Notes: a model not told the origin generated them from the letters alone. A stretch of DNA of 64,000 nt from Clostridia bacterium (GCA_017560765.1 JAFZEI010000015.1:397-64396); one strand, 5' to 3'; positions 9,063-19,669 are shown, counted from the stretch's first letter. Numbers and translations are program-made.

Positions 9063-12000
9063 TCATAGCCAAAAGACAAGATTTGATGCTTCAATGATTG
9101 GTGCAGCTCCGTTACTGTCTTTAGGCACAATTACAAAAATATCGCCTCTTACAGGGAAACATCCCCACATAGCTCTTTGCACAAGAGAATCGGCCAACTC
9201 GTGTATCGGACTTACATAGTCTGAATTGTCAAAGACTGCTAAAACCATATCAAGTTTTATACCTCTGAAACTATAATAGCACCACATTCTTACTAATCTT
9301 TCAAGTCTTACAGCATTTTCGACTTTGCGTATCAAAACAGTAATTATAGGATTGTCGCCTGAAATACCGTAGCCCCATAAATGCTTTTTTGTTTTATCGT
9401 CATAATATTTTCTGCCGTAAAGTAATTTAGAAGCATAACTTCTGAAAAATTGCATATCTCCTTTTCTAAAAGAAATATGTTCTTTTTCTATGAGGCAACG
9501 CGTCCTTGCCAATTCAAAAATACGTTGTGTGTTGGCAAAACTGTTAATTTCTGTAAAAGCAGTCTCTTTATTCTGATTCATGCCCATAACAAGCGAAAAA
9601 ACTGCATTTTCTCCGGCTTCGACACGCAACTTAAGATTTACTGCAAAGCATGGATTTAAAACGGTTCCAGCTATGCCTGATAACAAAAAGTCAGAACTAC
9701 CGTTTCTTCCCTTAAAAGAAAGTACATCAGTGTCATACATTATTGATTCCACCTGTTTTTTGCTTTCAGAAGAAACATCCACATAAAAGTAACTTTCCAC
9801 ATGATTATCCGTCGGCTTATGCTTTCGCCTTGTTGCCAAAAGGCAAACACTTGAGCTTTCTGTCTTTACAGCTTTCGTGGTAATAAACATTCCCGAATAA
9901 GAAGGATGCGCCGCATACGAAGCAGGATAGTCCATCATAAGTCTGCAATACAATGTTATGTTTTCATACAGCTCATTTTTCCCTTTGTTTGTAATTTTAA
10001 AAATACGAACTTCTGCGTTATCTTCCGTTGCTACACATATACTTTGTGTTACTTCCTCTTGTTTTGTAAGGTAGAGATATTCACCGCTCCCGGAATAAAC
10101 AGTACATTTTACAGGTTTCATCATTTCACCATTTAAATAAAACACAATACCCTCAGGTAAAATTTGTTCTCTGTGAACATCAATGCCCATCCCGCATAGG
10201 GAAGAATAGCTGTTTCCCTGACCGTTGATTACCACACTGTATTTACCATTTGACAGTACATGAGCATCGTGTCCGGAAATGCAAACGTACTGTTCCTGCT
10301 GTTTTTCTTCACCTGAAGGTTCTTTACGGACAAGCTCATTTTTCGTCTTTGAAGCGTGTTTTTTAAATGCTTTTTTAGGGAACTTTTCTGTAAGCATTAC
10401 TTTAACCGGTTGCATCATTGCCATGTCGCTCAAGCCTTTTGATACCATTTCGTCAAAAAGCAAGTTTGCAATGCCGCATAAAGCCATACCCACATGATGT
10501 GCCATAAAACTTTCTACAATGCCTTTTCTTCCCGGAGTAAAGTCAATTGCCTCGTAATAACCATATTTTCCCTCTGTTCCCAATCGTGACAACAGCTCCA
10601 TATTACTGAATACTGCTTGTGGCGTAATGCTGCTTGCCATTAGACTTGCATAAGGTGCTACAACTGCATCGTCATTATGCATTCTCTTGACTGCCAAAGA
10701 TTTTAGGCCAAAAGCTTTGTATTTATAATTCATATTTATATCAAGCGCATTATAACCTGATTCTGAAATACCCCAAGGTTTATCTCCCGCAAGACTTTGC
10801 TGAATTTCCAGCATTTCATAAATCGATTTATTTAAAGCCGAACCGCAAGGCGACGGCACAAACAATTCAGGCAATACATATTCAAAAACAGTTCCGGACC
10901 AAGAAAGAAGCACATTGCCATCTTCATTACATCTGCGTGCAAGAGCAGAAAAGTGTTCCGCCTCCACATCACCCTTTGCCATGGCCACATAAGAAGTCAG
11001 CCGCGCCTCCGACATAATCATATCATAAAAAGAATTTGAAAATTCCCCCGTACTGTAATTATAACCTATACATAAATGCCTATGCTTATCGTTATACAGA
11101 ATGCCAAAATCCATTGCCAAAGCCATATTTTTCATTCTGGCTGCCAGAATTTTTTTATCCTCATATAAATTAAAAACACCTTGTGTAATATTTTTTTCTG
11201 CATTAACAAGCATTTCTTTCAAATTACAGCGAAAAGAATGGGCGTCTGCCTTTTCGTTCTTTACAGGCGCAACAAGCTCTTTATAATATTGTATTACTCT
11301 CAGAAATTCTTCTTTTGTATAATTATCTTTATTTAAGAATTCTTCTAAAACCCATATTTCTGCTGTATTTCCTTTTTCTGCAAATTCGTTTAAACAACAT
11401 ACTGTATCGTACAGACCTTCAGCAGATTTTTTTATATAATCTTCTGTTGTCTCCACTTCATTTATTGAATTTATCAGTGAAGACGCTGCCAACAGGCAAG
11501 CAGCAAGATTGCCGCTGTCTACACAAGAAACGTATTTTGGTTCCAGAACCTGCAAAGACATTGTGTCATACCAATTAAAAATATGCCCGTTCCACTTGTC
11601 CATTCTGTCTAAGGTATTCATAATTTTTTCTAAACGAACAAGCATTTCTCCTTGAGATATATAACCGAAGTGTTGTGCAATTACAGTAGAAACTATCAAA
11701 AAACCAATATTTGTAGGAGATGTTCTGTGGGCTACCGAATACACCGGCGAAAATTGCACATTGTCAGGGGGCAGAAAATTATCGCTTTCTACGGCATAAT
11801 CGTAATAAAAAGCCCATATTTTTCTTGCATTAATACGAAATTTCTTTATTTGAAGCTTTGTAAGTTTTTTAGATTTATTTCCGTATCTTTGTTTAATTGT
11901 TTTTTTAGAACAAACATAAGCTCCCCACGGTCCTAAAATCCACAATACACTTGGAATTCCAAACAAAAAAGGCGCCATAACAGCTGCCGAAGCAAAATTT

Positions 12001-14543
12001 ATCCACATTGTTCTGTTATAGTAAGCTAATGTATTTTGTATGCTTTTGTCAGCATCAGAGGAAACAACCCATTCCAGCATTTTCTGTCTGCTGCGAAAAG
12101 TTCTCCACACCGCACGTATCATACCATCTGCATGAACAAGGAAAGTGTGTGGAAGCAGTATAAAATTGCTTAGTACTCGCATGATTCTTGGTACGAATCT
12201 ACCTCCCGATGTGATTAACAGTGTACCTGTAACGATAAAAACCCATAAAAAGGCATCACGGCGAAGAAAAAGCATTCCTATCACAAAAACCATAAAAAGA
12301 GCTACAGGCAACAAACTTCTTAATAAATTCATTCCGATTTTAAAACGCGAGTAAAAATTAAGAGGATTATTTTTTAATACACCTTTTTCGTTTTCAAATC
12401 TTTTTCCCAAAAAAGGAAGTAACTGCCAATCTCCTCTTATCCACCTATGCTCTCTTTTAATATATCCACCGTAGCTGCGGGGAAAACTGTCATATAAATG
12501 AACATCCGAAACAAATGCAGTTCTTACAAAGGAACCTTCCAAAAGGTCGTGGCTTAATATACTGTTTCTTTTAAATCTCCCATCAAGAACACCATTGAAA
12601 ACATAAGGATCATACATGCCCTTTCCCGTATATATTCCCTCTGCGCAAACATCAAAATAAAAATCTGATGTTTTGCATCCGTATGAATCAAATCCCACTT
12701 CATCACTGTAAATTTTTTCAAAAATTGTTGTATTTTCTCTGTCGAGTCCTGATGGGGATATTGCAGGCTGCAAAAGCCCGTAACCCTTTGTCACCACGGG
12801 TTCACCTTTTACATAACTTATCTGCGGACGGTTTAAAGGATGATACATAATTTGCGCCATTTTGACAGCCGTATTTATTGGAATTACTGAGTCCGCATCT
12901 ACTGTCAGCACATAATTCACTTTTGGCAACTCACCTTTAATAATTGCTCTGTTAAGCTCAATAAGTGCACCTCTTTTTCTCTCATACCCCATCCATTTAT
13001 TGTCTTCTTTATAAAAATCTCTTTCCCTGACAAGTATACAAAAACGTTCACCTAACTTTTCTGTTTCTGTCTTTGCATACTGAATGAGTTCCCTGTCTTC
13101 CGGTGTGGTTTTTGTGGTACTTTCAGGTAAATCTGCCAACAAAGTATACCAAATCCCCTCTTGAGGATTTGCCCAATATGCCGCCTCCAATTGCTTAATC
13201 ATTTCGTCTACTCGTTTTTTTGAGGTTATCATACATGGCAAAACTATCATAATTTTACAATCCTCAGGTAATTTACCATGAAATTCCATTTCCGGCAGCG
13301 AAAACGGCATCTTCCTGTCCGTGTACATTTTCTGTATCAATGACAAAGAAATATTCATTGACGCAATTAATATAAGCAAAACGCAAAAGGCTCCTAAAAA
13401 TATTCCGAATATACCGTAAAGTTCCATAGAAAGCCCATACGCATAAACTCCGGGGCAAAAGGCCAAAACGGCAGAAGTAAACAAGAACATAACAAAAAAA
13501 GAGCCAAAGTCATTATGCTTTGTATAGTCCTCATATATAAAATCCCCTACATGAGCCTGCCGGTTTTGAGCCTTTTCCAATACTTCCAATGCATATTTTT
13601 CGGGAGAGGTATGTTTGCGTTTTGCACATACTTGTACAATACGCAAATATTCACGTCTTGACTTGGATGTCATTTTGTTAAAAATTCCCGTGGGATCTTT
13701 GCGTAAAATCTGCTCTGTAACACAAAGCTCAGACATAATTTTATCCCAATCCAGTGACGGCAAATCCCTTAGACTTTTTATGGCATTTCCCATAGAAACA
13801 CCTAATGAAATTCTCGTTCTGTGTTCTCTTTCTATCAGCTCTTCAACCGTTGTTCCTTTTGCTGCCAGCTTACCGGAAAGAGCAGTTCTTATTGTGTCAT
13901 TCTGTTCTAATTCAGCAGACAACCGAAGTACAGTTTCGGCAAAAACAGGCGTTATCATATCTGCATTATCAAACAAAACAGCTGCACTTCTCATGCGCTG
14001 CCCATTTTCCGTAGTGTAAGAAGAAAACTCTCTGAAAATTTTCTCGGCTGTTTTTCTGTCTTTGTATATTTTATCCGAAATTTTACAAATTTCTGCAATT
14101 CTCTTAATAAGTGCCACTTGTAGCATACATGGCAAAAACGTAAGAGACTCGGTATCTATTGGTCTTATTTTTTCATACGACGTTACAAAATCCAATATTT
14201 CCCGCTGCCCAATGCAGCCATCTGTATGCGAAGCAATTTCCGCCGCCAAATCATAAACAGGTAAAATTTTACGACTGTATTCTTCGTTTTTTACACTTTC
14301 GGCAGCCTCATTTACAACATGATAATTGTCAGCTATCCACTCGTCCGACGGAATACTTTGCAATTTTTGCGTATTTTCGCCATCTGACATAATTCTGCTG
14401 TATGTTTCATCTATACTTCCACTGCATTTTTCTATTGACGGAATGCTCCTTACGCCGTATCTGCCTTGCAAATGCTTTTCTCCGATATTTGCAGCATGCT
14501 TTATATATTCTTTTCCCGTTAATAATGTATCCTCAAGAATCAT
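9063..14543 (-). CDS. Large membrane glycosyltransferase, cyclic beta-1,2-glucan synthase (Cgs/NdvB)-like: cytoplasmic N-domain, TM bundle, DxD glycosyltransferase domain, second TM bundle, (alpha/alpha)6 glucan-cyclisation/GH-like domain
   Basis: 1826 aa. TM segments around aa 345-400 and 750-800. Glycosyltransferase core with LTVDADSVIP (DxD). C-terminal 900 aa resemble the region preceding GH94 in Cgs (NIGFLIVSTVIAQHFGY...). Together with the downstream GH94 ORF, the sum of lengths (about 2530 aa) approaches that of fused Cgs (about 2800 aa). Confidence 0.5.
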   Translation of the reverse strand: MILEDTLLTGKEYIKHAANIGEKHLQGRYGVRSIPSIEKCSGSIDETYSRIMSDGENTQKLQSIPSDEWIADNYHVVNEAAESVKNEEYSRKILPVYDLAAEIASHTDGCIGQREILDFVTSYEKIRPIDTESLTFLPCMLQVALIKRIAEICKISDKIYKDRKTAEKIFREFSSYTTENGQRMRSAAVLFDNADMITPVFAETVLRLSAELEQNDTIRTALSGKLAAKGTTVEELIEREHRTRISLGVSMGNAIKSLRDLPSLDWDKIMSELCVTEQILRKDPTGIFNKMTSKSRREYLRIVQVCAKRKHTSPEKYALEVLEKAQNRQAHVGDFIYEDYTKHNDFGSFFVMFLFTSAVLAFCPGVYAYGLSMELYGIFGIFLGAFCVLLILIASMNISLSLIQKMYTDRKMPFSLPEMEFHGKLPEDCKIMIVLPCMITSKKRVDEMIKQLEAAYWANPQEGIWYTLLADLPESTTKTTPEDRELIQYAKTETEKLGERFCILVRERDFYKEDNKWMGYERKRGALIELNRAIIKGELPKVNYVLTVDADSVIPINTAVKMAQIMYHPLNRPQISYVKGEPVVTKGYGLLQPAISPSGLDRENTTIFEKIYSDEVGFDSYGCKTSDFYFDVCAEGIYTGKGMYDPYVFNGVLDGRFKRNSILSHDLLEGSFVRTAFVSDVHLYDSFPRSYGGYIKREHRWIRGDWQLLPFLGKRFENEKGVLKNNPLNFYSRFKIGMNLLRSLLPVALFMVFVIGMLFLRRDAFLWVFIVTGTLLITSGGRFVPRIMRVLSNFILLPHTFLVHADGMIRAVWRTFRSRQKMLEWVVSSDADKSIQNTLAYYNRTMWINFASAAVMAPFLFGIPSVLWILGPWGAYVCSKKTIKQRYGNKSKKLTKLQIKKFRINARKIWAFYYDYAVESDNFLPPDNVQFSPVYSVAHRTSPTNIGFLIVSTVIAQHFGYISQGEMLVRLEKIMNTLDRMDKWNGHIFNWYDTMSLQVLEPKYVSCVDSGNLAACLLAASSLINSINEVETTEDYIKKSAEGLYDTVCCLNEFAEKGNTAEIWVLEEFLNKDNYTKEEFLRVIQYYKELVAPVKNEKADAHSFRCNLKEMLVNAEKNITQGVFNLYEDKKILAARMKNMALAMDFGILYNDKHRHLCIGYNYSTGEFSNSFYDMIMSEARLTSYVAMAKGDVEAEHFSALARRCNEDGNVLLSWSGTVFEYVLPELFVPSPCGSALNKSIYEMLEIQQSLAGDKPWGISESGYNALDINMNYKYKAFGLKSLAVKRMHNDDAVVAPYASLMASSITPQAVFSNMELLSRLGTEGKYGYYEAIDFTPGRKGIVESFMAHHVGMALCGIANLLFDEMVSKGLSDMAMMQPVKVMLTEKFPKKAFKKHASKTKNELVRKEPSGEEKQQEQYVCISGHDAHVLSNGKYSVVINGQGNSYSSLCGMGIDVHREQILPEGIVFYLNGEMMKPVKCTVYSGSGEYLYLTKQEEVTQSICVATEDNAEVRIFKITNKGKNELYENITLYCRLMMDYPASYAAHPSYSGMFITTKAVKTESSSVCLLATRRKHKPTDNHVESYFYVDVSSESKKQVESIMYDTDVLSFKGRNGSSDFLLSGIAGTVLNPCFAVNLKLRVEAGENAVFSLVMGMNQNKETAFTEINSFANTQRIFELARTRCLIEKEHISFRKGDMQFFRSYASKLLYGRKYYDDKTKKHLWGYGISGDNPIITVLIRKVENAVRLERLVRMWCYYSFRGIKLDMVLAVFDNSDYVSPIHELADSLVQRAMWGCFPVRGDIFVIVPKDSNGAAPIIEASNLVFWL

Positions 14544-14600
14544 TTCACAACTACACCTCGTTGCTTTATTATTCGCAAGGAAGGTAAATTTTATACAAAT

Positions 14601-15392
14601 TCAGACCTTTTTCAATCTGGAATAATCGCCCTCTCTCATTGTGCAATAAATTCTGGATGGATCAAGCTCCCAGCCGTTTCCTGTATTCCTGTTTAGCAGT
14701 TCATCAACAGTTACAAAACGATATCCTTTTTCTTTTAAAATATCCATGGCTCTGAATGCTGTTTCTATAGATGTTTCATAATTATCATGGAGTAAAACAA
14801 TATCTCCGTCAAAAGTGTTTTCAACTATTGTTTTTACCATTTTATCTATATTTCTGCATTGCCAATCACGAGTATCATAATATCCCCAGCAAACAGTTAT
14901 CATGGGTGCTGCTATATTTCTCACCCAAGGAGCAGTCAATGCGCTGCCTCCCGGTGGTCTCATATATTTAGTCTCCTGACCTGTTATTTCTTTTATAAGT
15001 TCATTTGTTTTTTTTAGCTCATAATCAACTTTTTCATGTGTTGATTTGCTGAGCCAACAATGAGAATACGAATGATTTGCAACAGTATGTCCCTCTCTTG
15101 CCATACGTGCAACAAGCTCTCTGCCTTTTGCAATCTCCCAATCCTCATATTTACCGGATTTATAATCCAATCTTTCACCTACAACAAAAAAAGTTGCTTT
15201 TGCATCTCTTTCGGCCAAACCATCCAAAAGCTTTTTTGTATATATGGGATTTGGCCCGTCATCAAACGTAAAAGCGACCATGGGCTTTATTCCCTCTCCG
15301 TTATCTGCTTTTACATAAACAGGAAAGAAAAGCGACAATACAATTACTAACCAAATTATAAAAATTGTTTCTATAAGATACACTTTGCGCAT
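14601..15392 (-). CDS. Polysaccharide deacetylase (CE4/NodB homology), N-terminal membrane anchor
   Basis: 263 aa. MVAFTFDDGP (NodB motif 1), HSYSH, and hydrophobic N-terminus. Start codon sits 1 nt from a terminator-like hairpin whose 3' arm contains its GGAG RBS (see findings). Confidence 0.7.
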   Translation of the reverse strand: MRKVYLIETIFIIWLVIVLSLFFPVYVKADNGEGIKPMVAFTFDDGPNPIYTKKLLDGLAERDAKATFFVVGERLDYKSGKYEDWEIAKGRELVARMAREGHTVANHSYSHCWLSKSTHEKVDYELKKTNELIKEITGQETKYMRPPGGSALTAPWVRNIAAPMITVCWGYYDTRDWQCRNIDKMVKTIVENTFDGDIVLLHDNYETSIETAFRAMDILKEKGYRFVTVDELLNRNTGNGWELDPSRIYCTMREGDYSRLKKV

Positions 15393-15426
15393 AAAAAAAC
15401 TCCTTCACACGATAATGTGACGGAGT
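15393..15426 (-). terminator. Terminator-like hairpin after deoC (stem CUCCGUCACA/UGUGAAGGAG, then U7), 3' arm carries the SD of the deacetylase gene
   Basis: Inverted repeat 15401-15410 / 15417-15426 (one mismatch). A7 at 15393-15399 on plus gives U7 on the minus strand, immediately followed by ATG 15392. Confidence 0.45.
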
Positions 15427-15474
15427 TTATTATTAGCAAAATTATTTCATTGAAACAGAAAATTAATGTAAATT

Positions 15475-16143
15475 TTAAATTGCGCCGGCATCTATTGCTT
15501 GCTGCATTATTTTCACCCCTGAAGAAGTTCCCAATCTGCTGGCTCCTGCCTCTATCAAGGCTGCTGCTTCTTCATACGTGCGTATTCCTCCGGAAGCCTT
15601 TACAAGTGTACATTCAAACAAGTCGACATTTTTTTTAAGCAATTCAACATCTTTAACTGTAGCCTTTCCCTCTGTGAAACCTGTACATGTCTTAACAAAA
15701 TCAGCACGTGCTTCACAAACAAGCTTTACAGCCATGTCTTTTTCATGTTCCGTAAGAAGTCCTGTTTCTATAATAACTTTTAAAGTTCCGCCGCGAATTG
15801 CGCGTTTGACAGCTGCTATTTCATTTACAACAAAACTGTATCTACGTTCCTTCAGTGCCGCCAAATTCATTACCATATCGTACTCATCACAGCCATTTTC
15901 GCAGGCTTCTTCTGCTTCTGCCATCTTAATTCTTACAGAATTCGCTCCCAAAGGGAATCCTATAACGGTGCACACCTTTACATCCGTTCCTTTTAAAAGA
16001 CCGCTTGCCAACGGAACATATATCGGATTTACGCATACAGAGGCAAATTTCCAATATGCCGCTTCTGTGCAAAGCTTTTCTATATCAAATCTCGTTGCTG
16101 AAGATTTTAAATTTGTATGGTCAATATATTCGTTAAGATTCAT
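15475..16143 (-). CDS. deoC: Deoxyribose-phosphate aldolase (class I DERA)
   Basis: 222 aa. Schiff-base lysine context FVKTCTGF, KVCTVIGFPLGA. Collinear with B. subtilis-type DeoC. Start is 18 nt from ugd stop with no intervening terminator. Confidence 0.85.
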   Translation of the reverse strand: MNLNEYIDHTNLKSSATRFDIEKLCTEAAYWKFASVCVNPIYVPLASGLLKGTDVKVCTVIGFPLGANSVRIKMAEAEEACENGCDEYDMVMNLAALKERRYSFVVNEIAAVKRAIRGGTLKVIIETGLLTEHEKDMAVKLVCEARADFVKTCTGFTEGKATVKDVELLKKNVDLFECTLVKASGGIRTYEEAAALIEAGASRLGTSSGVKIMQQAIDAGAI

Positions 16144-16161
16144 TATATATCTTTTCCTTTC

Positions 16162-17382
16162 TTAATCTCTTTTGAAAAGGTCTCTCGTATACACTTTCTC
16201 TTTAACATCATCAAGGCAAGCGTCATATCTGTTTGCTATTATACAATCACACTGCTTTTTAAAAGTCTCTAGGTCATTTACAATTTTACTGCCGTAAAAT
16301 ACTGAATTATCCTCCAAAGTCGGCTCATAAATAATAACAGTCGTTCCTTCTGCTTTTATTCTCTTCATTACTCCCTGTATAGAACTCTGTCGGAAATTGT
16401 CGGAATTGCTCTTCATTGTCAATCTATAAACGCCTACAGTGAGATTTTGCGCGTTATTTCCGTCAAAGCCTGCCTTTTTTAGCACACGCTCCGCAATAAA
16501 ATCTTTTCTCGTCCTGTTGCTTTCTACAATCGCACCTATCAGATTTTCAGGAATATCTGCATAATTCGCAAGCAACTGCTTTGTATCTTTTGGCAAGCAG
16601 TACCCTCCGTAACCGAATGAAGGATTATTGTAGTGATTGCCTATTCTTGGGTCTAAACATACACCTTCTATTATTGCTTGTGTGTCAAGGCCTTTGATTT
16701 CCGCATACGTATCCAGCTCATTAAAATACGATACTCTCAAAGCCAAATATGTGTTTGCAAAAAGCTTCACTGCCTCTGCCTCTGTAGTTCCCATGAAAAG
16801 AGTATCAACATTTTCTTTGATTGCGCCTTCTTGTAAAAGTTCTGCAAAAGTATGAGCTGCTGTCACAAGCTTCTCGTTTTGCATATCCGTTCCCACTATT
16901 ATTCTTGACGGATACAAGTTGTCATACAAAGCTTTTGATTCTCTTAAAAACTCAGGGCTGAAAAGTATGTTTTCTGTGTTATATTTTTTTCTTACTTTTT
17001 CTGTGAAGCCTACAGGTATTGTGGATTTTATTACCATTACAGCATTTGGATTGCATTTTTTTACAAGTTCTATGACTGCTTCGACTGCCGTTGTGTCGAA
17101 ATAATTTTTTGTGCTGTCATAATTGGTTGGTGCTGCAATAACTATAAAATCTGCATCGGAATATGCTTTGTCCCCATCTACCGTTGCTGTTAGATTTAAT
17201 TCTTTGGTAGATAAATATTCTTCAATTTCTTTGTCCTGTATGGGTGATTTTTTTTCATTAATAAGAGCTACCTTTTCAGGGACAATGTCTACAGCAGTAA
17301 CTTGATTATGCTGTGCCAAAAGGACAGCTAATGAAAGTCCCACATATCCTGTTCCGGCAACTGCAATTTTAAAATTATTCAT
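16162..17382 (-). CDS. ugd: UDP-glucose 6-dehydrogenase
   Basis: N-terminal Rossmann GTGYVG, UDPG_MGDP_dh family central and C-terminal regions. ORF track starts at 17397, but ATG 17382 ([15 protein letters not shown]) is preceded by GGGAGG at 5-nt spacing. The track extension translates the RBS. Confidence 0.85.
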   Translation of the reverse strand: MNNFKIAVAGTGYVGLSLAVLLAQHNQVTAVDIVPEKVALINEKKSPIQDKEIEEYLSTKELNLTATVDGDKAYSDADFIVIAAPTNYDSTKNYFDTTAVEAVIELVKKCNPNAVMVIKSTIPVGFTEKVRKKYNTENILFSPEFLRESKALYDNLYPSRIIVGTDMQNEKLVTAAHTFAELLQEGAIKENVDTLFMGTTEAEAVKLFANTYLALRVSYFNELDTYAEIKGLDTQAIIEGVCLDPRIGNHYNNPSFGYGGYCLPKDTKQLLANYADIPENLIGAIVESNRTRKDFIAERVLKKAGFDGNNAQNLTVGVYRLTMKSNSDNFRQSSIQGVMKRIKAEGTTVIIYEPTLEDNSVFYGSKIVNDLETFKKQCDCIIANRYDACLDDVKEKVYTRDLFKRD

Positions 17383-17400
17383 ATTATCCTCCCACAAAAT

Positions 17401-18582
17401 TTACGAAATAATTTCTGCAGAAATTTTTTTGCAAGAGAGCTTTTCGCAAGGTTCCCAAATCTGCTTTTCTGCCATAAGAGCTCTGATTTTTTGTATGATA
17501 TCGTTTTCTTCATTATTACACCATAAATATCTGTCAAAGCCTGCAATATACTCTATCATTGCTTCTTTGTTATCTCCGTCTACAAGTACAAGCACAGGTC
17601 TGTTAGTAGCAGCATAATGATAAAGCTTTCCCGGTATTTGCGTGCCTTTTTTATTAAGAACGCAAATATATAAATCAGTTTTCTTTTCAAGCTCACTTAT
17701 ATCGCCTCTTGGAAAAACATTTATATTATCTGTTTTTTCAAGTGCAAAATCTGCTTTTCCCATAACATTCAATATCAATTCATTCTTCATGCCGTTACAA
17801 GCATTATACAAAGGCATAATATCTCTGTTATTCGAAAAATAATCTCCGTAATAACCTACAGTAAATATATTATTTTTTGTTTCACGATAAATCTTCGTTT
17901 CGATGAACGGAGTAGGCACAAATATCATTTTGTTTGCAAACTCCGGTTGTATTCTCTGCTCTTCTTGTAGTGTGAACGGTGATGTATAAACAATTTTATC
18001 TGCCTTTGAAAAGAGCTTTTTTTCTTCTCTTTTTATTGCTTTTTTAGTGTATATTGTTTTTGATGCTGAGATATCTCCTACCAAAGGGTCTCCCCAATAC
18101 TGTATCCACTTTTTATAAGTTAAACCTTGCTCAACTAATTTTGCCATAGCTATATGGCTTGTCTTTGGATCGGAATCTGACATCACATACTCATATTCTT
18201 TTGACGGAAGTTTTTCTATAGAAACTTTTTTTGCGATATCATGTGTAAAATCGTAAAGTGTTGTATAATGATACAATTTTCTTGCTATTTTAAATAGTTT
18301 ATGTTTTATACCGCCTTTTGAACCGCTAAGCATTCCGTATACTGCTTGATTTGCACCGCCGTTTTTTTCTTCATCTGCATAAATTATATTGACTTGCTCC
18401 ATAAAACCATAGCCGGACAAATCCTTTAATACTATATTTGAATTTGCATGAATGCAGAACAAATCTACTTCATATCCGTTCTCAACGAATCCCTTTATTA
18501 CAGCCAATGTTCTAATCATGGATGATGAAGAAGCATTTGGTGCTGCCATTTTTACTACGAGAATTTTTTTGTTATTTTTCAT
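17401..18582 (-). CDS. Putative glycosyltransferase (GT-B fold-like), family unassigned
   Basis: 393 aa. N-terminal KILVV and C-terminal G.QIPGKLYHYAATNRPVLVL patterns reminiscent of GT-B (GT4/TagB-like) enzymes. Sits within the glycan operon. Weak call. Confidence 0.35.
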   Translation of the reverse strand: MKNNKKILVVKMAAPNASSSSMIRTLAVIKGFVENGYEVDLFCIHANSNIVLKDLSGYGFMEQVNIIYADEEKNGGANQAVYGMLSGSKGGIKHKLFKIARKLYHYTTLYDFTHDIAKKVSIEKLPSKEYEYVMSDSDPKTSHIAMAKLVEQGLTYKKWIQYWGDPLVGDISASKTIYTKKAIKREEKKLFSKADKIVYTSPFTLQEEQRIQPEFANKMIFVPTPFIETKIYRETKNNIFTVGYYGDYFSNNRDIMPLYNACNGMKNELILNVMGKADFALEKTDNINVFPRGDISELEKKTDLYICVLNKKGTQIPGKLYHYAATNRPVLVLVDGDNKEAMIEYIAGFDRYLWCNNEENDIIQKIRALMAEKQIWEPCEKLSCKKISAEIIS

Positions 18583-19669
18583 TTTCCAATATATCCGCTA
18601 TTCTTTTGCATGCAAAACCATCCCCGTAAGGATTGCTGGCATGTGCCATCTTGTTATATTCTTCTTTGTTATCCAGAAGCTTCGTAAAATTATTATATAT
18701 CACTTCTTCATCTGTGCCTACCAGCTTTAATGTGCCGGCTTCAATCCCTTCCGGGCGTTCCGTTGTATCTCTCATAACGAGAACAGGTTTACCCAAAGAG
18801 GGCGCTTCCTCCTGTATTCCGCCGGAGTCTGTAAGTATCATATAGCTGTTAGCCAAAAAGTTATGAAAATCGAGTACCTCCAATGGCTCAATAATATGAA
18901 TTCTGTCACAATTGCCCAACTCTTCTGAGGCTGCTTGTCTTACAACCGGATTCATATGAATGGGATAAATTGCCTTTACGTCAGGGTGTTCGTCTAATAC
19001 TCTACGTATTGCACGGAACATATTATGCATAGGCTGTCCCAAATTTTCTCTGCGGTGTGCTGTTATAAGAATCAGTCGGCTGTCTTTTGCCCATTCCAAC
19101 TCTTTATGAAAATACTCTGTCTTTACAGTAGTTTTTAAAGCATCTATAGCCGTATTTCCCGTAACATATATATACTTTTCATCTTTGCCTTCTTTTACAA
19201 GATTTTCTTTTGCGAGTAAGGTAGGTGCAAAGTTATATTTTGCAACAATAGATACTGCCTGTCTGTTAAACTCCTCAGGATAAGGACTGTATATATTAAA
19301 TGTTCTCAATCCTGCTTCAACATGTCCGATTGGAATTTGCAAATAAAAACAAGCAAGTGCAGTAACAAAAGTTGTGGAAGTATCACCATGAACAAGAACG
19401 ACATCAGGCTTTACTTGTTCTAATACAGCTTTAATACTGTTTAATATATTTGTAGTTATATCAAACAATGTTTGTTTTTCTTTCATTACAGATAAATCAT
19501 AATCCGGCGTTACATCAAAAGCGTCCAAAACTTGATCAAGCATTTGTCTGTGCTGTCCTGTAACACAAACGACAGTATTTATATTTTTTCTTTTTTTTAG
19601 CTCGTTTACAAGAGGACACATTTTAATTGCCTCAGGTCTTGTGCCGAAAACTAACATTACTGTTTTCAT
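18572..19669 (-). CDS. wecB: UDP-N-acetylglucosamine 2-epimerase (non-hydrolysing)
   Basis: 365 aa. MKTVMLVFGTRPEAIKM...HVEAGLRT... signature of WecB/MnaA. Confidence 0.85.
   Translation of the reverse strand: MKTVMLVFGTRPEAIKMCPLVNELKKRKNINTVVCVTGQHRQMLDQVLDAFDVTPDYDLSVMKEKQTLFDITTNILNSIKAVLEQVKPDVVLVHGDTSTTFVTALACFYLQIPIGHVEAGLRTFNIYSPYPEEFNRQAVSIVAKYNFAPTLLAKENLVKEGKDEKYIYVTGNTAIDALKTTVKTEYFHKELEWAKDSRLILITAHRRENLGQPMHNMFRAIRRVLDEHPDVKAIYPIHMNPVVRQAASEELGNCDRIHIIEPLEVLDFHNFLANSYMILTDSGGIQEEAPSLGKPVLVMRDTTERPEGIEAGTLKLVGTDEEVIYNNFTKLLDNKEEYNKMAHASNPYGDGFACKRIADILENEK

Noticed and set aside
9040-9130. Apparent 68-nt out-of-frame overlap between the 1826-aa and 735-aa ORFs, suggesting a frameshifted single Cgs gene
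   Set aside because: The 735-aa ORF in the track begins at a TTG. An in-frame GTG at 9040 has a GGGAG RBS at 8-nt spacing and yields a canonical GH94 N-terminus. With that start the genes are separated by 23 nt. A frameshift cannot be fully excluded without reads.
17383-17397. MWEDN extension of ugd
   Set aside because: These codons are the GGGAGG ribosome-binding site of the real ATG at 17382.
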